64,000 nucleotides of DNA from a candidate division WOR-3 bacterium (GTDB lineage Bacteria; Hydrothermota; Tepidihabitantia; B3-TA06), in assembly GCA_965649265.1 (NCBI GenBank), contig CBFGKC010000005.1:64001-128000 (forward strand), read 5' to 3'. The notes beneath the pieces are model-generated. The model was not told where the DNA came from and searched no databases. It was given only the letters and a program-made list of their open reading frames with translations. This document shows positions 28,378 to 38,453 of the stretch, piece after piece (positions within the stretch are counted from its first letter, which is position 1; each line of letters starts with the position of its first letter). Made by a program: the position numbers and the translations under genes.

Positions 28378-28935
28378 CTAGCTGGAGAGAAACACGGCTT
28401 TGTCAATAATACCCTCGATGAATTCCGATTTGGCGTTTGTATATCCTTCACGATCTCGGCCGTACTCGTCTGCAAGCCGCTTCTTGAGTTCGTAGTAGTC
28501 CCTTGCGACTCCGGGATGTGTTCTCAGGTAGTCGCGGAACAGTATGTGCTTATTAAAGAACGGACTCGGATACTTGACAAGGTGCAGATGAACACGCGGA
28601 GCAATCCCCGGGGTTTTACCCAGACAGTAGAACCACTCGTCGTGACCCGGCTCGGGTGTTACGGGTGTTGCTTCCGTGAAATCCACGGCTTCGAGCAGGA
28701 GGCGGCATTCCTCAGCCGCCTGGCGATTCTTGACCCCTGCCATTATGTCCACAATGTCCTTGGCTCCCAGGCCGTGAACGGACGTGCTGCCGATATGCTC
28801 TATGATGAGCGCCATCTCACCGAGCGTGTCGGAGATAACGGCTTTCTCTATTTCGAAGATACCAGGCCAGCGGGAATCATAAGGGACGATTACTACAGGT
28901 GGTTTAACAAAACCGCTTTCAGGTGAGAATTTCAA
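28378..28935 (-). CDS. GrpB (UPF0157) family protein
   Basis: IEHIGSTSV.GLGAKDIVDI, FRDYLR, YTNAK. Confidence 0.92.
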   Translation of the reverse strand: MKFSPESGFVKPPVVIVPYDSRWPGIFEIEKAVISDTLGEMALIIEHIGSTSVHGLGAKDIVDIMAGVKNRQAAEECRLLLEAVDFTEATPVTPEPGHDEWFYCLGKTPGIAPRVHLHLVKYPSPFFNKHILFRDYLRTHPGVARDYYELKKRLADEYGRDREGYTNAKSEFIEGIIDKAVFLSS

Positions 28936-29354
28936 CCGTCTTCCCTGTAGACGAACATCACTGCGTCAGGGGATTGCCTTATGCCCCCGGTGGACTCGTA
29001 TAGCCTCATCGCGGCGGCATTCGCTTCTTCGGTGAGCACAAACATCTTGGTCACGTTTCGTTCTCTGCAAATCTTCTTGAGTTCCTGTATCAGACGCTTG
29101 CCTGCGCCTTGTTTTAGATGCTCGGGAAGCACGTCGATGGAGTAGAGGAAGATCATAGGCTTTTCTGTCTCGATCCTTTGGAGCTCGTACGCATAGAGAA
29201 AACCGACCAGTCCACCTTCGGCATATGCTGCAAGGAGATGGTTGGCCTCCCCTGCAAGGAATTCAGGATTGAGTTTGCCCTTCGGCCAGAAACGCTCGAC
29301 TATTCCCTTGGCTAGGGCTTCATCACCCTGTTTGAGTCTTTTGATCTCGAACAT
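28932..29354 (-). CDS. GNAT acetyltransferase
   Basis: LYSIDV.PEHLKQGAG, NAAAMRLYESTGG. Confidence 0.88.
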   Translation of the reverse strand: MFEIKRLKQGDEALAKGIVERFWPKGKLNPEFLAGEANHLLAAYAEGGLVGFLYAYELQRIETEKPMIFLYSIDVLPEHLKQGAGKRLIQELKKICRERNVTKMFVLTEEANAAAMRLYESTGGIRQSPDAVMFVYREDG

Positions 29355-29361
29355 TGGAGTT

Positions 29362-30147
29362 TTAATCTTGAGGACAGGGCCGGCCCCAGGTTATTTGCGC
29401 CCGAACCTCCATCTGGAGCATATCACCCTCGACATGGCGGGAAAGGAGGCTGCGAAGCTCGTCGTCGAATTCGTCCGCGGCGGTCTCGCCCATCTTTACG
29501 CGGGCCATGTCGCTGCGCGAATGGAACTGCTCAATGTAATCATCGACCTTCTGCCTGAAGATCTCCGGAGCGGTCTTCTTTTCTCCGCATATTTCGAAGA
29601 GGCCAGCCTTCACGAGTTCGGCTGGTGCAGTAGTCGGCCTTGGGTACTCGTACCCCCTGGTCCTGCGCCTGAGCGTTCTAAGATCCTCCTCCCACGGCAA
29701 GGTACCGAAGGAGTTGTAGATTATTGCGAGATACCCGTTGGGTGTGAGCGTACTTGCGAACCTGGGCATGACGACGTTCCAGTCGAGCCAGTGAATGCTC
29801 ATGGCCGCAACGATCTGTGCGTACGGGGGATCGAGGACTGCATCCTCTGCATTCCCGAGTATCCAGCGGATCCTGGGACTATTGCCACCCGGCATCATTT
29901 TACCTTCCTCGATCATGGCGGACGAGGGATCGAGCGCGTCAACGCAATCAACGAAATCGAGGATGTTTCGAGCCACCGCGCCGGTACCGCACCCGACGTC
30001 GAGGACGTGACGAGGTTCGTCCTTTATTAGTTCGCGAAGTATCTCGAACGTTTCATCGGGATAGGGTGCCCTGTGGCGATAGGCCTTTACGGCGTCTCTG
30101 TCGAGAAAAGACTCCGCTCTTTCCTTGCTCCACGATTCATGCTTCAT
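29362..30147 (-). CDS. Class I SAM-dependent methyltransferase
   Basis: VLDVGCGTG motif I; start approximate. Confidence 0.88.
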   Translation of the reverse strand: MKHESWSKERAESFLDRDAVKAYRHRAPYPDETFEILRELIKDEPRHVLDVGCGTGAVARNILDFVDCVDALDPSSAMIEEGKMMPGGNSPRIRWILGNAEDAVLDPPYAQIVAAMSIHWLDWNVVMPRFASTLTPNGYLAIIYNSFGTLPWEEDLRTLRRRTRGYEYPRPTTAPAELVKAGLFEICGEKKTAPEIFRQKVDDYIEQFHSRSDMARVKMGETAADEFDDELRSLLSRHVEGDMLQMEVRAQITWGRPCPQD

Positions 30148-30212
30148 TTTCTTTCCCGGCCGCCGACTTGTTCGCATTCATGCCGCATAATCCTTATTTT
30201 TGAAATCCTCTT

Positions 30213-31856
30213 TTACCTCGCCACTACTATTCTTTCAACCGCTCTTGAGCGATCTGTTTCAAGCGTAACGAAATACACTCCGGGGCTTACCCTTCGGCCC
30301 ATGTCGTCATGACCATCCCAGCTCACGGTGTATCCTCCGGCTGATTTTACCTCATGGACAAGCATTCTCACCTCACTACCTGTAACATCATACAACATCA
30401 TACGGACGTTTGTGGAGGAAGCAAGCTGGTAAGAAATAGTTGCCGCGTCCTTGATTAATACGGGTGTGATTTCGAGCATGGTCATACCCGCTGGTGCGCC
30501 TTCGGAAACCCCGGAAAGCTCTATCGGACCCTTGGGCGCAAGATCCCTGCCCTCGAACGCAGGGTAGTCGAGAGCGTATCGCCGGATCTTGAAAACGTCG
30601 TTACCTGAAGGCACGGTTCCCTGCTTGATCGGACCCGTGGATATCACGGGGTTCACGTAACGCCACACCTCCTCGCCGTCAGGAGTAACCTCAAATAAAG
30701 CCCCATGGGGTCCGTCACATATGAGTGTATTTCCGTTAGGTAAGCGCTGCGCACCAGAGATATATACCGAGAAAAAATCTCCGGGCTCAGGCGCGTTCCA
30801 TGACCAGCAAGGCTCTGTCGGACCGTACGGTAACCCGCCCTGATAGTTGCCTCCCGTGTCCACCGGAGGCGTTATCTCGTCCACCGAAGAGTAGATCCGG
30901 TTAAGATCCTCTCCGCCGTTATTGAATATCAAGATGTTTCCTGCGCCGGGCATGCCCGACTCCACCCACGTACCCGCGTGCGGATAGAATAACTTCTGGC
31001 TCTCCAGGGTCCCGTACCCGTAGTTCCGGGGATTGCCCCAGCGGTACAACAGATCCCCCCCCTTGCCGTATCTGCCGCCCGCATGACCCGCGGCCTCCTC
31101 GGTTGTAGTGCCGTGATCGATGACCCATATCTCGCTGTAAATCCTGCTTGTGAGCACTATCTGGTCGAATTCCTCGTTGTAGCCGATCGAGTTCACATGC
31201 ATAAAGTCAGCCCTCATAGGTTGTTCCGCGTTCAGGTTTATGAGTTCGGGGTAGGCTTTAACCATACCGTAATTATCCTTTGTGGAATCGTAGTTCTGAA
31301 CCAGGTGATCCCATGCATGCCACTGCCAGACTATATCACCCCCGGAGGGTCCGTTCGGCCTGACCTCGATCACGCTTTCAGAGTACAGTCGCCTGCCAAA
31401 AGTGGCAGGATTAGCGCCAGCCTCTATTGCCTGGATGGAATCTTTCAATTCCAGTACAATCATGAGGACGTTACCCGAAGGCAATACCGCTATGTCGTGA
31501 TGCCTGGAATAACCGTCGCCAGAGCAATTGTATCGCCATGCCAGATTACCGTCCCAGTCCAGCTTCTCCACCCCGCTTATTCCGGTAGTACCACCTGTAA
31601 TGAAAGTGCGATAAAGACAGCCGTCCTCGGTAAGATAGGCCATATATCCAGGTATGAATTCGCTCTGCCAGGAATGGACCAGCAAGCCTTCATTGTTGAT
31701 CAGATAGCTGGTCCTGAAAGACATGGGGGAAAACAAAGTGTAACCCTCGAATGAACCGGGATCGTTGCGGATCAAACCCACGGTGTTTTCCTCTGCATTT
31801 ACCAAGATGCTCCCCATCAAACCAACCAGTAAACCCAACAAAATTTTGCTCTTCAT
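30213..31856 (-). CDS. Secreted arylsulfotransferase-like protein with C-terminal FlgD-Ig/T9SS-type domain
   Basis: HHDIAVLP, HVNSI, LLYRWGNP, SGAQRLPNGNTLI; C-terminal WDG...SPGVYF. Confidence 0.85.
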   Translation of the reverse strand: MKSKILLGLLVGLMGSILVNAEENTVGLIRNDPGSFEGYTLFSPMSFRTSYLINNEGLLVHSWQSEFIPGYMAYLTEDGCLYRTFITGGTTGISGVEKLDWDGNLAWRYNCSGDGYSRHHDIAVLPSGNVLMIVLELKDSIQAIEAGANPATFGRRLYSESVIEVRPNGPSGGDIVWQWHAWDHLVQNYDSTKDNYGMVKAYPELINLNAEQPMRADFMHVNSIGYNEEFDQIVLTSRIYSEIWVIDHGTTTEEAAGHAGGRYGKGGDLLYRWGNPRNYGYGTLESQKLFYPHAGTWVESGMPGAGNILIFNNGGEDLNRIYSSVDEITPPVDTGGNYQGGLPYGPTEPCWSWNAPEPGDFFSVYISGAQRLPNGNTLICDGPHGALFEVTPDGEEVWRYVNPVISTGPIKQGTVPSGNDVFKIRRYALDYPAFEGRDLAPKGPIELSGVSEGAPAGMTMLEITPVLIKDAATISYQLASSTNVRMMLYDVTGSEVRMLVHEVKSAGGYTVSWDGHDDMGRRVSPGVYFVTLETDRSRAVERIVVAR

Positions 31857-31933
31857 GATTCGTATTCCTTTCGTCCTTTGACGTGCCCCGAGTGTAGCCA
31901 AATAGTGCAACACGAAGTGCTAACTACTTTTTC

Positions 31934-33562
31934 TTATCTGATCAGTACTATTCTTCTCTTGAGATTTGAACCGGCAGTCTCCAGGCTGCAGAAGTATACT
32001 CCCCTGTTCACCATACGACCCATATTGTCTCTCGCATCCCACGTCTGTGTATATGTACCTCGAGGCCTGATTTCGCTGACCAGAGTTCTTACTTCTTCTC
32101 CAAGCACATCGTAAATCCTGAGCCGAAAGATTCCGGAGGTGGCAACCTGGCAGGAGATAGTCACCGCCTCATTTGATATTGTGGGTGTGATCTCGAGCTT
32201 TGCCATAGTCGGCGGCGCGCCCTCGGAAATACCTGGAAGTTCTATCGGACCCTTGGGGGTAAGATCCCTGCCCGAAAACGCAGGGTAGTCAGGAGCGTAT
32301 CGCCGGACCTTGAAAACAGCATTGCTGGAAGGCACGGTTCCCTGTTTGATCGGACCCGTGGATATCACGGGGTTCACGTAACGCCACACCTCCTCGCCGT
32401 CAGGAGTAACCTCAAATAAAGTTCCGGCATAACCCTCGCATACAAGAACATTACCGTTAGGCAGACGCTGCGCACCAGAAATGTATGGAGAGAAAAAATC
32501 TCCGGGCTCAGGCGCAGTCCAGAACCAGCAAGGCTCTGTCGGACCGTACGGCAAAGCGCCCTGATAGTTGCCGCCCGTGTCCACAGGTGGCGTTATCTCG
32601 TCCACCGATGAGTAGCTCCGGTTGAGATCCTCTCCGCCGTTATTGAATATCAAGATGTTACCGGTTCCGGGCACGCCCGGAGCGACCCACATGCCCGCGT
32701 GTGGGTAGAATAACTTCTGGCTCTCCAGGGTCCCGTACCCGTAGTTCCGGGGATTGCCCCAGCGGTACAACAGGTCACCTCCATTGCCGTATCTGCCGCC
32801 CGCATGACCCGAGGCCTCCTCGGTCGTAGTGCCGTGATCGATGACCCATATCTCGCTGTAAATCCGGCTGGTGAGCACTATCTGGTCGAACTCCTCATTG
32901 TAGCCGATCGAGTTCACGTGCATAAAGTCCGCGAGTAGAGGATCTTCCGCGTTCAGGTTTATGAGTTCGGGATGAGCGTTTACGGTGCCGTAGTTTTTCC
33001 TGGTTGAATCGTAATCCTGAACCAGATGATCCCACGAATGCCACTGCCAGACTATATCACCCCCGGAGGGTCCGTTCGGCCTGACCTCGATGACGCTTTC
33101 GGGATACAGCTTCTTATTCATGATGTCCGGATTGGCGCCCGCCTCTATTGCCTGGATGGAATCCTTATTTTCAAGCACAATCATGAGAACGTTACCCGAA
33201 GGCAATACCGCTATATCGTGATGAGCAGGGGAGTATTCAAATCGCCACAACAGATTGCCCTCCCAGTCCAGCTTCTCAACGCCACCACTTCCGGTTGAAC
33301 CACCGGAAGTAATGGTGCGATAGAGACAGCCGTCCTCGGTAAGATAGGCCATGAATCCGGGTCTTAATTCGCTCTGCCAGGAATGGACCAGCAAACCTTC
33401 ATTGTTGATCAGATAGGTGGTCGTATATGACATGGGAGAAAAAAGGGTATAACCCTGGTATGAACCGGGATCGTTAATAAAAAGACCCACTGTCTGTTCG
33501 GCCGAGAGGGTCGTAACGGAGACGAGAATGACTGAGACAGCCATCGGGACATTCTTATACAT
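31934..33562 (-). CDS. Secreted arylsulfotransferase-like protein (paralog 2)
   Basis: Same motifs; near-identical DNA tracts to 30213-31856. Confidence 0.85.
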   Translation of the reverse strand: MYKNVPMAVSVILVSVTTLSAEQTVGLFINDPGSYQGYTLFSPMSYTTTYLINNEGLLVHSWQSELRPGFMAYLTEDGCLYRTITSGGSTGSGGVEKLDWEGNLLWRFEYSPAHHDIAVLPSGNVLMIVLENKDSIQAIEAGANPDIMNKKLYPESVIEVRPNGPSGGDIVWQWHSWDHLVQDYDSTRKNYGTVNAHPELINLNAEDPLLADFMHVNSIGYNEEFDQIVLTSRIYSEIWVIDHGTTTEEASGHAGGRYGNGGDLLYRWGNPRNYGYGTLESQKLFYPHAGMWVAPGVPGTGNILIFNNGGEDLNRSYSSVDEITPPVDTGGNYQGALPYGPTEPCWFWTAPEPGDFFSPYISGAQRLPNGNVLVCEGYAGTLFEVTPDGEEVWRYVNPVISTGPIKQGTVPSSNAVFKVRRYAPDYPAFSGRDLTPKGPIELPGISEGAPPTMAKLEITPTISNEAVTISCQVATSGIFRLRIYDVLGEEVRTLVSEIRPRGTYTQTWDARDNMGRMVNRGVYFCSLETAGSNLKRRIVLIR

Positions 33563-33622
33563 TCATCAATCCTGCAAGAAGTTTTTTACCTGTTGCTTTC
33601 GCCGAAGAACAAGGAACATTTC

Positions 33623-35311
33623 TTACCGGATAAGGACTACCCGCTCCTTCAGTGTAACCCCGGCGGTCTGGAGCCTGGCAAAGTATACACCTGAGCTTAA
33701 AACACGGCCGTGGTTGTCCGAACCGTCCCAGATTACATCGTGCGCGCCAGACTGCTCAATCCCGTCCACAAGCGTCTTAACCTCCTGGCCGAGAGAGTTA
33801 TAAAGCCTCAAGGACACCCTGCCGGGTTCGCCAAGCTGGTAGTGAATTAGGGCATTGTGCTTGACGAGGCCGGCATAAAGCTTGAATTCTGCAAGAGGTG
33901 CAGATTCAGGACTTACAATGCCAGGCACGGTGTCGTCGACCAGAAGCTCCACATGTTTACCGGGTTTAAGCACTTTGCCGTCAAAACCTTGAAAATCAGG
34001 GGCATAGCGCCGGATCTTGAAAACTGAATTTTGATAGATGGAATCACCCTGCCAGACAGGCCCGCTGTTGGTCACAGGATTGATGTAACGCCACACTAAA
34101 TCGCCTTCAGACGTAACTTCGAAGAATTCACCCACTGGAGCGTTGCAGATAAGCGTGTTCCCGTTAGGCATACGCTGGGCTCCACAGATATAGGAAACGA
34201 AGAAATCCGAGGGATTCGGTGCGGTATATGTCCACGTGAGGCTCGAGGGTCCCCACGGCAGGCTCCCCGTGTAATTGCCGTCTTCATCGACGGGTGGTGT
34301 AAACTCGTCTACCGAGGAGTAGGCTCTGTTATTCTGGGTCGAACCGTTGTTAAAGATGATTATGTTGCCGGCTCCGGGGCAGTTGGAATCAATCCAGTGT
34401 CCGTCGTGACCGCCGAAAAGCTTCTGATCGTTCGGATAACCGTGGTCATAATTGGCGGGGTTCCCCCAGCGATAGAGAATATCGCCGCCCTTTCCGTACT
34501 TTCCGCCAGAGTGGCCTTTGGCTTCCTCGGTAGTCGTGGAATGATCGATGACCCATACCTCGTTGTACATGGGGGTAGTCACGATAATCTGGTCCAGCTC
34601 CGCGTTGTATTTTACCGAATTTAGGTGAACGAAGTCGGAAAGGAGCATATTACGCGCGTTGATATCGATAAGTTCAGGGTGATCGGCGACCACAGCGTAG
34701 TTGTCGACTGTGGCATCGAAATGCTGCACGAGATGATCCCACGCATGCCACTCCCATACGATATCGCCGCTGTCGGCGCCGACGGGCTGGACTTCGATTA
34801 TGTGATCGGGGTATAACGACCTCCCACCCAGTTTGCCGTCATCGGCACCGGCCTGCAGGGCCTCTTTGAAGCTCTTGATTTCCCAGACAATAAGGAGAAC
34901 GTTTCCGGAAGGCAGAACCTCGAAGTCGTGGTGTGAGCAGTATTTATCGCCGGAACATTTATAATTCCATACCATGTTGCCGTCCCAGTCGAATTTTTGT
35001 ATCCCGCCTGTTGCTCCTCCCCCGTTCAGCACGGGATGCTTACCGAGCCATACCGACCGGTAAAGAGAACCGTCATTGGAAAGATAGGCTATGCCGCCGA
35101 GTCCGGGTGTATACTCGGATTCCCAGGAGCGAACCTGGCGACCGTCGTTGTTTATGAGATAGGTCTTGTACCAGTAAGCCGGTGAAAAGAGGGTGTAGCC
35201 CTGGAACGAGGCCGAATCGTTTAAAAACACGCCTACGGTCTGTTTCTTTCCGATTGCCGGAAGCGACGCGGCGAGGGTTATGACAAACATAGCAAGAATC
35301 TTTTTCTGCAT
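33623..35311 (-). CDS. Secreted arylsulfotransferase-like protein (paralog 3)
   Basis: HHDFEVLP, HLNSV, GGHDGH, GAQRMPNGNTLI; start MQKK after AGGAG. Confidence 0.85.
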   Translation of the reverse strand: MQKKILAMFVITLAASLPAIGKKQTVGVFLNDSASFQGYTLFSPAYWYKTYLINNDGRQVRSWESEYTPGLGGIAYLSNDGSLYRSVWLGKHPVLNGGGATGGIQKFDWDGNMVWNYKCSGDKYCSHHDFEVLPSGNVLLIVWEIKSFKEALQAGADDGKLGGRSLYPDHIIEVQPVGADSGDIVWEWHAWDHLVQHFDATVDNYAVVADHPELIDINARNMLLSDFVHLNSVKYNAELDQIIVTTPMYNEVWVIDHSTTTEEAKGHSGGKYGKGGDILYRWGNPANYDHGYPNDQKLFGGHDGHWIDSNCPGAGNIIIFNNGSTQNNRAYSSVDEFTPPVDEDGNYTGSLPWGPSSLTWTYTAPNPSDFFVSYICGAQRMPNGNTLICNAPVGEFFEVTSEGDLVWRYINPVTNSGPVWQGDSIYQNSVFKIRRYAPDFQGFDGKVLKPGKHVELLVDDTVPGIVSPESAPLAEFKLYAGLVKHNALIHYQLGEPGRVSLRLYNSLGQEVKTLVDGIEQSGAHDVIWDGSDNHGRVLSSGVYFARLQTAGVTLKERVVLIR

Positions 35312-35576
35312 AACTGCTCCTTTGAGTTTCTTTCCCAAAAAACTATGTGGTCCACGCACATTTTCCAGCGTGAACCACTCCTGCCTTTTACGACCATCCT
35401 AGAATTGTGACCCTCATCAGAGAAAGGATACTGTATAGTATAGTTTTCAAAAACCGGTTGTCAATAGGCTCTACGCGAGATAATATCCTCTCCATGACTC
35501 CGAAAGCCGCGGAAGGCGGCTTGACAGCAGCCTTAACAATGTTATTATGATAAGGTAAATTGACTAAGAGGTCTAC

Positions 35577-36701
35577 ATGAAGAAGTTATTATCGGCGTTT
35601 GCAGGAATACTTGCAGTTCTCGCTTGCGGGCCCCAGGTTCCCGTTTCGATAGTATCGGTGGCGATATCCCCCCCCGGGGATACGACTTCCGTGACCTTGA
35701 CCGCGAAGATCGAGGCCGGCGGTCAGGGCAAGATAAGGGTTGAGTGGCTGAATGCCCGCTACGACTCGGTAAGCACGGCAAAGACCCAGGAGATAGCCGT
35801 GGACACCGAGGGTGTATACGAGTCAGACTTGTCATCCGGGCTCGGCTGGTACTGGGTTGACGTTTTCGACGAGAAGGACTCGCTTCTCTGGCACACGGAC
35901 AGTGTCTTTTGCGGCCCGGACAGTTCACTGCCAAAGATCGATTTTTCTGTGGATGCGGACTCGGGCTCTAAGCCTCTGGTCGTGACCTTCACCAACAACA
36001 CCTCAAAGGATGCCTATACTCGATGGCTTTGGGGTTTTGGGGACGGCGGCACGTCCGAAGAATGGGAGCCCGTGCATTCATACGACGACGCGGGCACGTT
36101 CTGGGCAAAACTGACCGTCCACACCCTTGCCGGTTCGTCGAGTGACTCCGTTTCCATCAAGGTCATCGAACCTCTGGCCGTTAATTCGGTGGAGATTACA
36201 CCCCCGGGAAGCCCATCCAAGACAACGCTTACGGCATCTATCCACGCAGGCGGTCAGGGCAAGATAAAGGTCGAGTGGCTGAACGCCTGCTATGATTCGG
36301 TGAGCACGGCAAAAACCCAGGAGATAGTGGTGGACACCGAGGGTGTTTATGAATCGACCCTTGCCTCCGATCTCGGCTGGTACTGGGTAGACGTTCTCGA
36401 TGAAAAGAATTCGCTTCTCTGGCACACGGATTCGGTCTTCTGCGGCCCGGATACTTCACTGCCGGTTCCCGCTTTCTCGCCGGACTGGTCGTACGGGCCG
36501 CGCCCTCTGACCGTCACTTTTTTCATCGAAGCCGATTCGAATGCTTATACGAAAGCCTACTGGGATTTTGCCGACGGCGCGACCTCTACCGCCTGGGAAC
36601 CGGTGCACACTTACGAGGACGCGGGGCAATTCTACGTGATTCTCGTGCTCCGCAATCTGGCGGGTTCCGCCAAGGATTCGACCCTCATCATGGTCTGGTA
36701 G
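35577..36701 (+). CDS. PKD-domain lipoprotein with internal duplication
   Basis: VLA-C lipobox; two copies of [beta domain + WxFGDG...PVHxY PKD]. Confidence 0.85.
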   Translation: MKKLLSAFAGILAVLACGPQVPVSIVSVAISPPGDTTSVTLTAKIEAGGQGKIRVEWLNARYDSVSTAKTQEIAVDTEGVYESDLSSGLGWYWVDVFDEKDSLLWHTDSVFCGPDSSLPKIDFSVDADSGSKPLVVTFTNNTSKDAYTRWLWGFGDGGTSEEWEPVHSYDDAGTFWAKLTVHTLAGSSSDSVSIKVIEPLAVNSVEITPPGSPSKTTLTASIHAGGQGKIKVEWLNACYDSVSTAKTQEIVVDTEGVYESTLASDLGWYWVDVLDEKNSLLWHTDSVFCGPDTSLPVPAFSPDWSYGPRPLTVTFFIEADSNAYTKAYWDFADGATSTAWEPVHTYEDAGQFYVILVLRNLAGSAKDSTLIMVW

Positions 36702-36810
36702 AGGAATCCGGGAAAAAATCCTTGTCTTTACGTGGAAACCCTCTCCCGATAACGGCGATTGCGCCTGCAGCACTTTTTGGAGTTATTCGGGAAACCACGA
36801 GCGCTCGCGC

Positions 36811-37548
36811 TCACTCCCCGGACCGGGCCTCGAGCCTGGCAACCATCCCCCTCCCCCATCGCTCTAGCAATCCGATGTAGTAGGAAGGACGGGCGGTAAG
36901 ATCGTCCGTGAGCTTGTGCCAGTCGCGGGCAACCCGGACGACCTCCTTATCGACGGTATCATCGAGATAGTCGAGGATTCCGCTCTTAGTCGGAATGAAC
37001 TTCTCCTGAGTGAGGAGAATCCAAGACTCGAGCGCGTAAAAACAGTTCTTGAAATGATACTTGAGCTTTAGAACGACCTTTGCCAGATCGTGCGGGAATA
37101 GAAGGTAGTGCCGGGCGGCAAGCAGATTGTCCGAAGCCTTGAGTTCGATGTCACTGATGAGGTCCTGGGCGCGAGGTGGTTCAATGATTCCATCAATGGA
37201 GCCGTAAAGCTCTTTTCTTCCGTGGAAGAACTGGACCGTGTGGAAGCGGGGGGTGCGCCTGAGTTCGGATACGGAGAGGAGAAGACCGGATGCGAGCGCC
37301 TGCGCATCCGGCATGGTGGAGACGATATTGCGAAAAGCGGTGATATCATCCGCCTCCACCTTGTCGAGGACGACCGTCGTGTCTATGTCGCTTTCAGGCC
37401 TCGCCTCGCCCCTGGCCCAGCTGCCGTGGTGCCCTACCCAGACGAGACGTTCTCCGAAGGTCTTCTTGAGTTTCGCCAGGAAATCGCCGAGCCATGCGTC
37501 GACCTGCGGTTGATCCATCGCCGGTTTTGAATCGGGTTGAATGTTCAT
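36811..37548 (-). CDS. Nucleotidyltransferase-domain protein
   Basis: GSWARGEA.PESDID pol-beta-type motif plus helical C-terminal domain. Confidence 0.8.
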   Translation of the reverse strand: MNIQPDSKPAMDQPQVDAWLGDFLAKLKKTFGERLVWVGHHGSWARGEARPESDIDTTVVLDKVEADDITAFRNIVSTMPDAQALASGLLLSVSELRRTPRFHTVQFFHGRKELYGSIDGIIEPPRAQDLISDIELKASDNLLAARHYLLFPHDLAKVVLKLKYHFKNCFYALESWILLTQEKFIPTKSGILDYLDDTVDKEVVRVARDWHKLTDDLTARPSYYIGLLERWGRGMVARLEARSGE

Positions 37549-37937
37549 TTACTTTTATTCGAACCGAAATAGCCTATGGAGAATACAGTTGCGAGGATTG
37601 CCTGCATTACCCACGAGAGAATCATCTTTGAGGCAGGGATTAGCCCGGCGAGGACTGCGTATACGTTTGCTGCGGCTATGCCTGCGATTACGAGGATCGT
37701 GAGGAGGGCGACGCCCTTGCGTTCCACCGGCTTGACGCACGCCCAGACGAGAAGGATGGTCCAGCCCAGCATGAGCGCTGCGCCCATCATCATCGCGTAG
37801 CGGTACGTTGAGCTGAAGTCGGCAAATCCCCACAGGATACGTGCAAGCTCAGGGATGAGCATTACGGGTACCATCACGGCATCGACAACGGCGCCGAGGA
37901 TGAATGCGGCACGCAGCCATTTCTTTGAGTTCTTCAT
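37545..37937 (-). CDS. Four-TM membrane protein
   Basis: Hydrophobic; GGAGG RBS; overlaps the next gene. Confidence 0.75.
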   Translation of the reverse strand: MKNSKKWLRAAFILGAVVDAVMVPVMLIPELARILWGFADFSSTYRYAMMMGAALMLGWTILLVWACVKPVERKGVALLTILVIAGIAAANVYAVLAGLIPASKMILSWVMQAILATVFSIGYFGSNKSK

Positions 37938-37947
37938 AGACGACCTC

Positions 37948-38451
37948 CTAGCAGGCGCGTTCTTTTTTATTTTCGACCATCGCCCTCAGCGCCTGTATGC
38001 GACCGATGTGGAGCGCCGTATGGTTGGTCGTGATGAAAAGCCAGTGCGCGACGGAGAGCCCGTCTTCGGACGTTTTGGGGATGGTCGCAAAGTCCTCTTC
38101 GGAGAGGGAGTCTATGAATTCGTGGCTCTTCGCGCGAACCTCTCTAGTCCACTCGATGACCTTTTCGACCGGGTCCACCCATTTATGAAGATGCTCGGCC
38201 GGGCACCACTCGGTGCCGAACACCTCGTAGCGGGGTGGAATCAACTCCCCCTCCTCGCCCGCGAGGAAGCGGCCGATATGGTAGCGCTCCCTGTGTGCGA
38301 TGTGACCGACCTGCCAGATGATGGGAAGCGAGTACTCGGACGGCACCCAGAAGAGTTCTTCTTCTGAAAGTCCATCGATTTCACGCACGGGATCGGCGTA
38401 CCAGAAGCCCTTTCCGTAAAGGAAACGGGCCAACTCTTTCCACTCTGACAT
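37948..38451 (-). CDS. DinB/YfiT family protein
   Basis: WQVGHIA...HTALHIGRI His triad. Confidence 0.85.
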   Translation of the reverse strand: MSEWKELARFLYGKGFWYADPVREIDGLSEEELFWVPSEYSLPIIWQVGHIAHRERYHIGRFLAGEEGELIPPRYEVFGTEWCPAEHLHKWVDPVEKVIEWTREVRAKSHEFIDSLSEEDFATIPKTSEDGLSVAHWLFITTNHTALHIGRIQALRAMVENKKERAC

Positions 38452-38453
38452 TT

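Noticed and set aside
30500-33420. Diversity-generating retroelement TR/VR pair
   Set aside because: Differences between the copies are not adenine-specific and no reverse transcriptase is present
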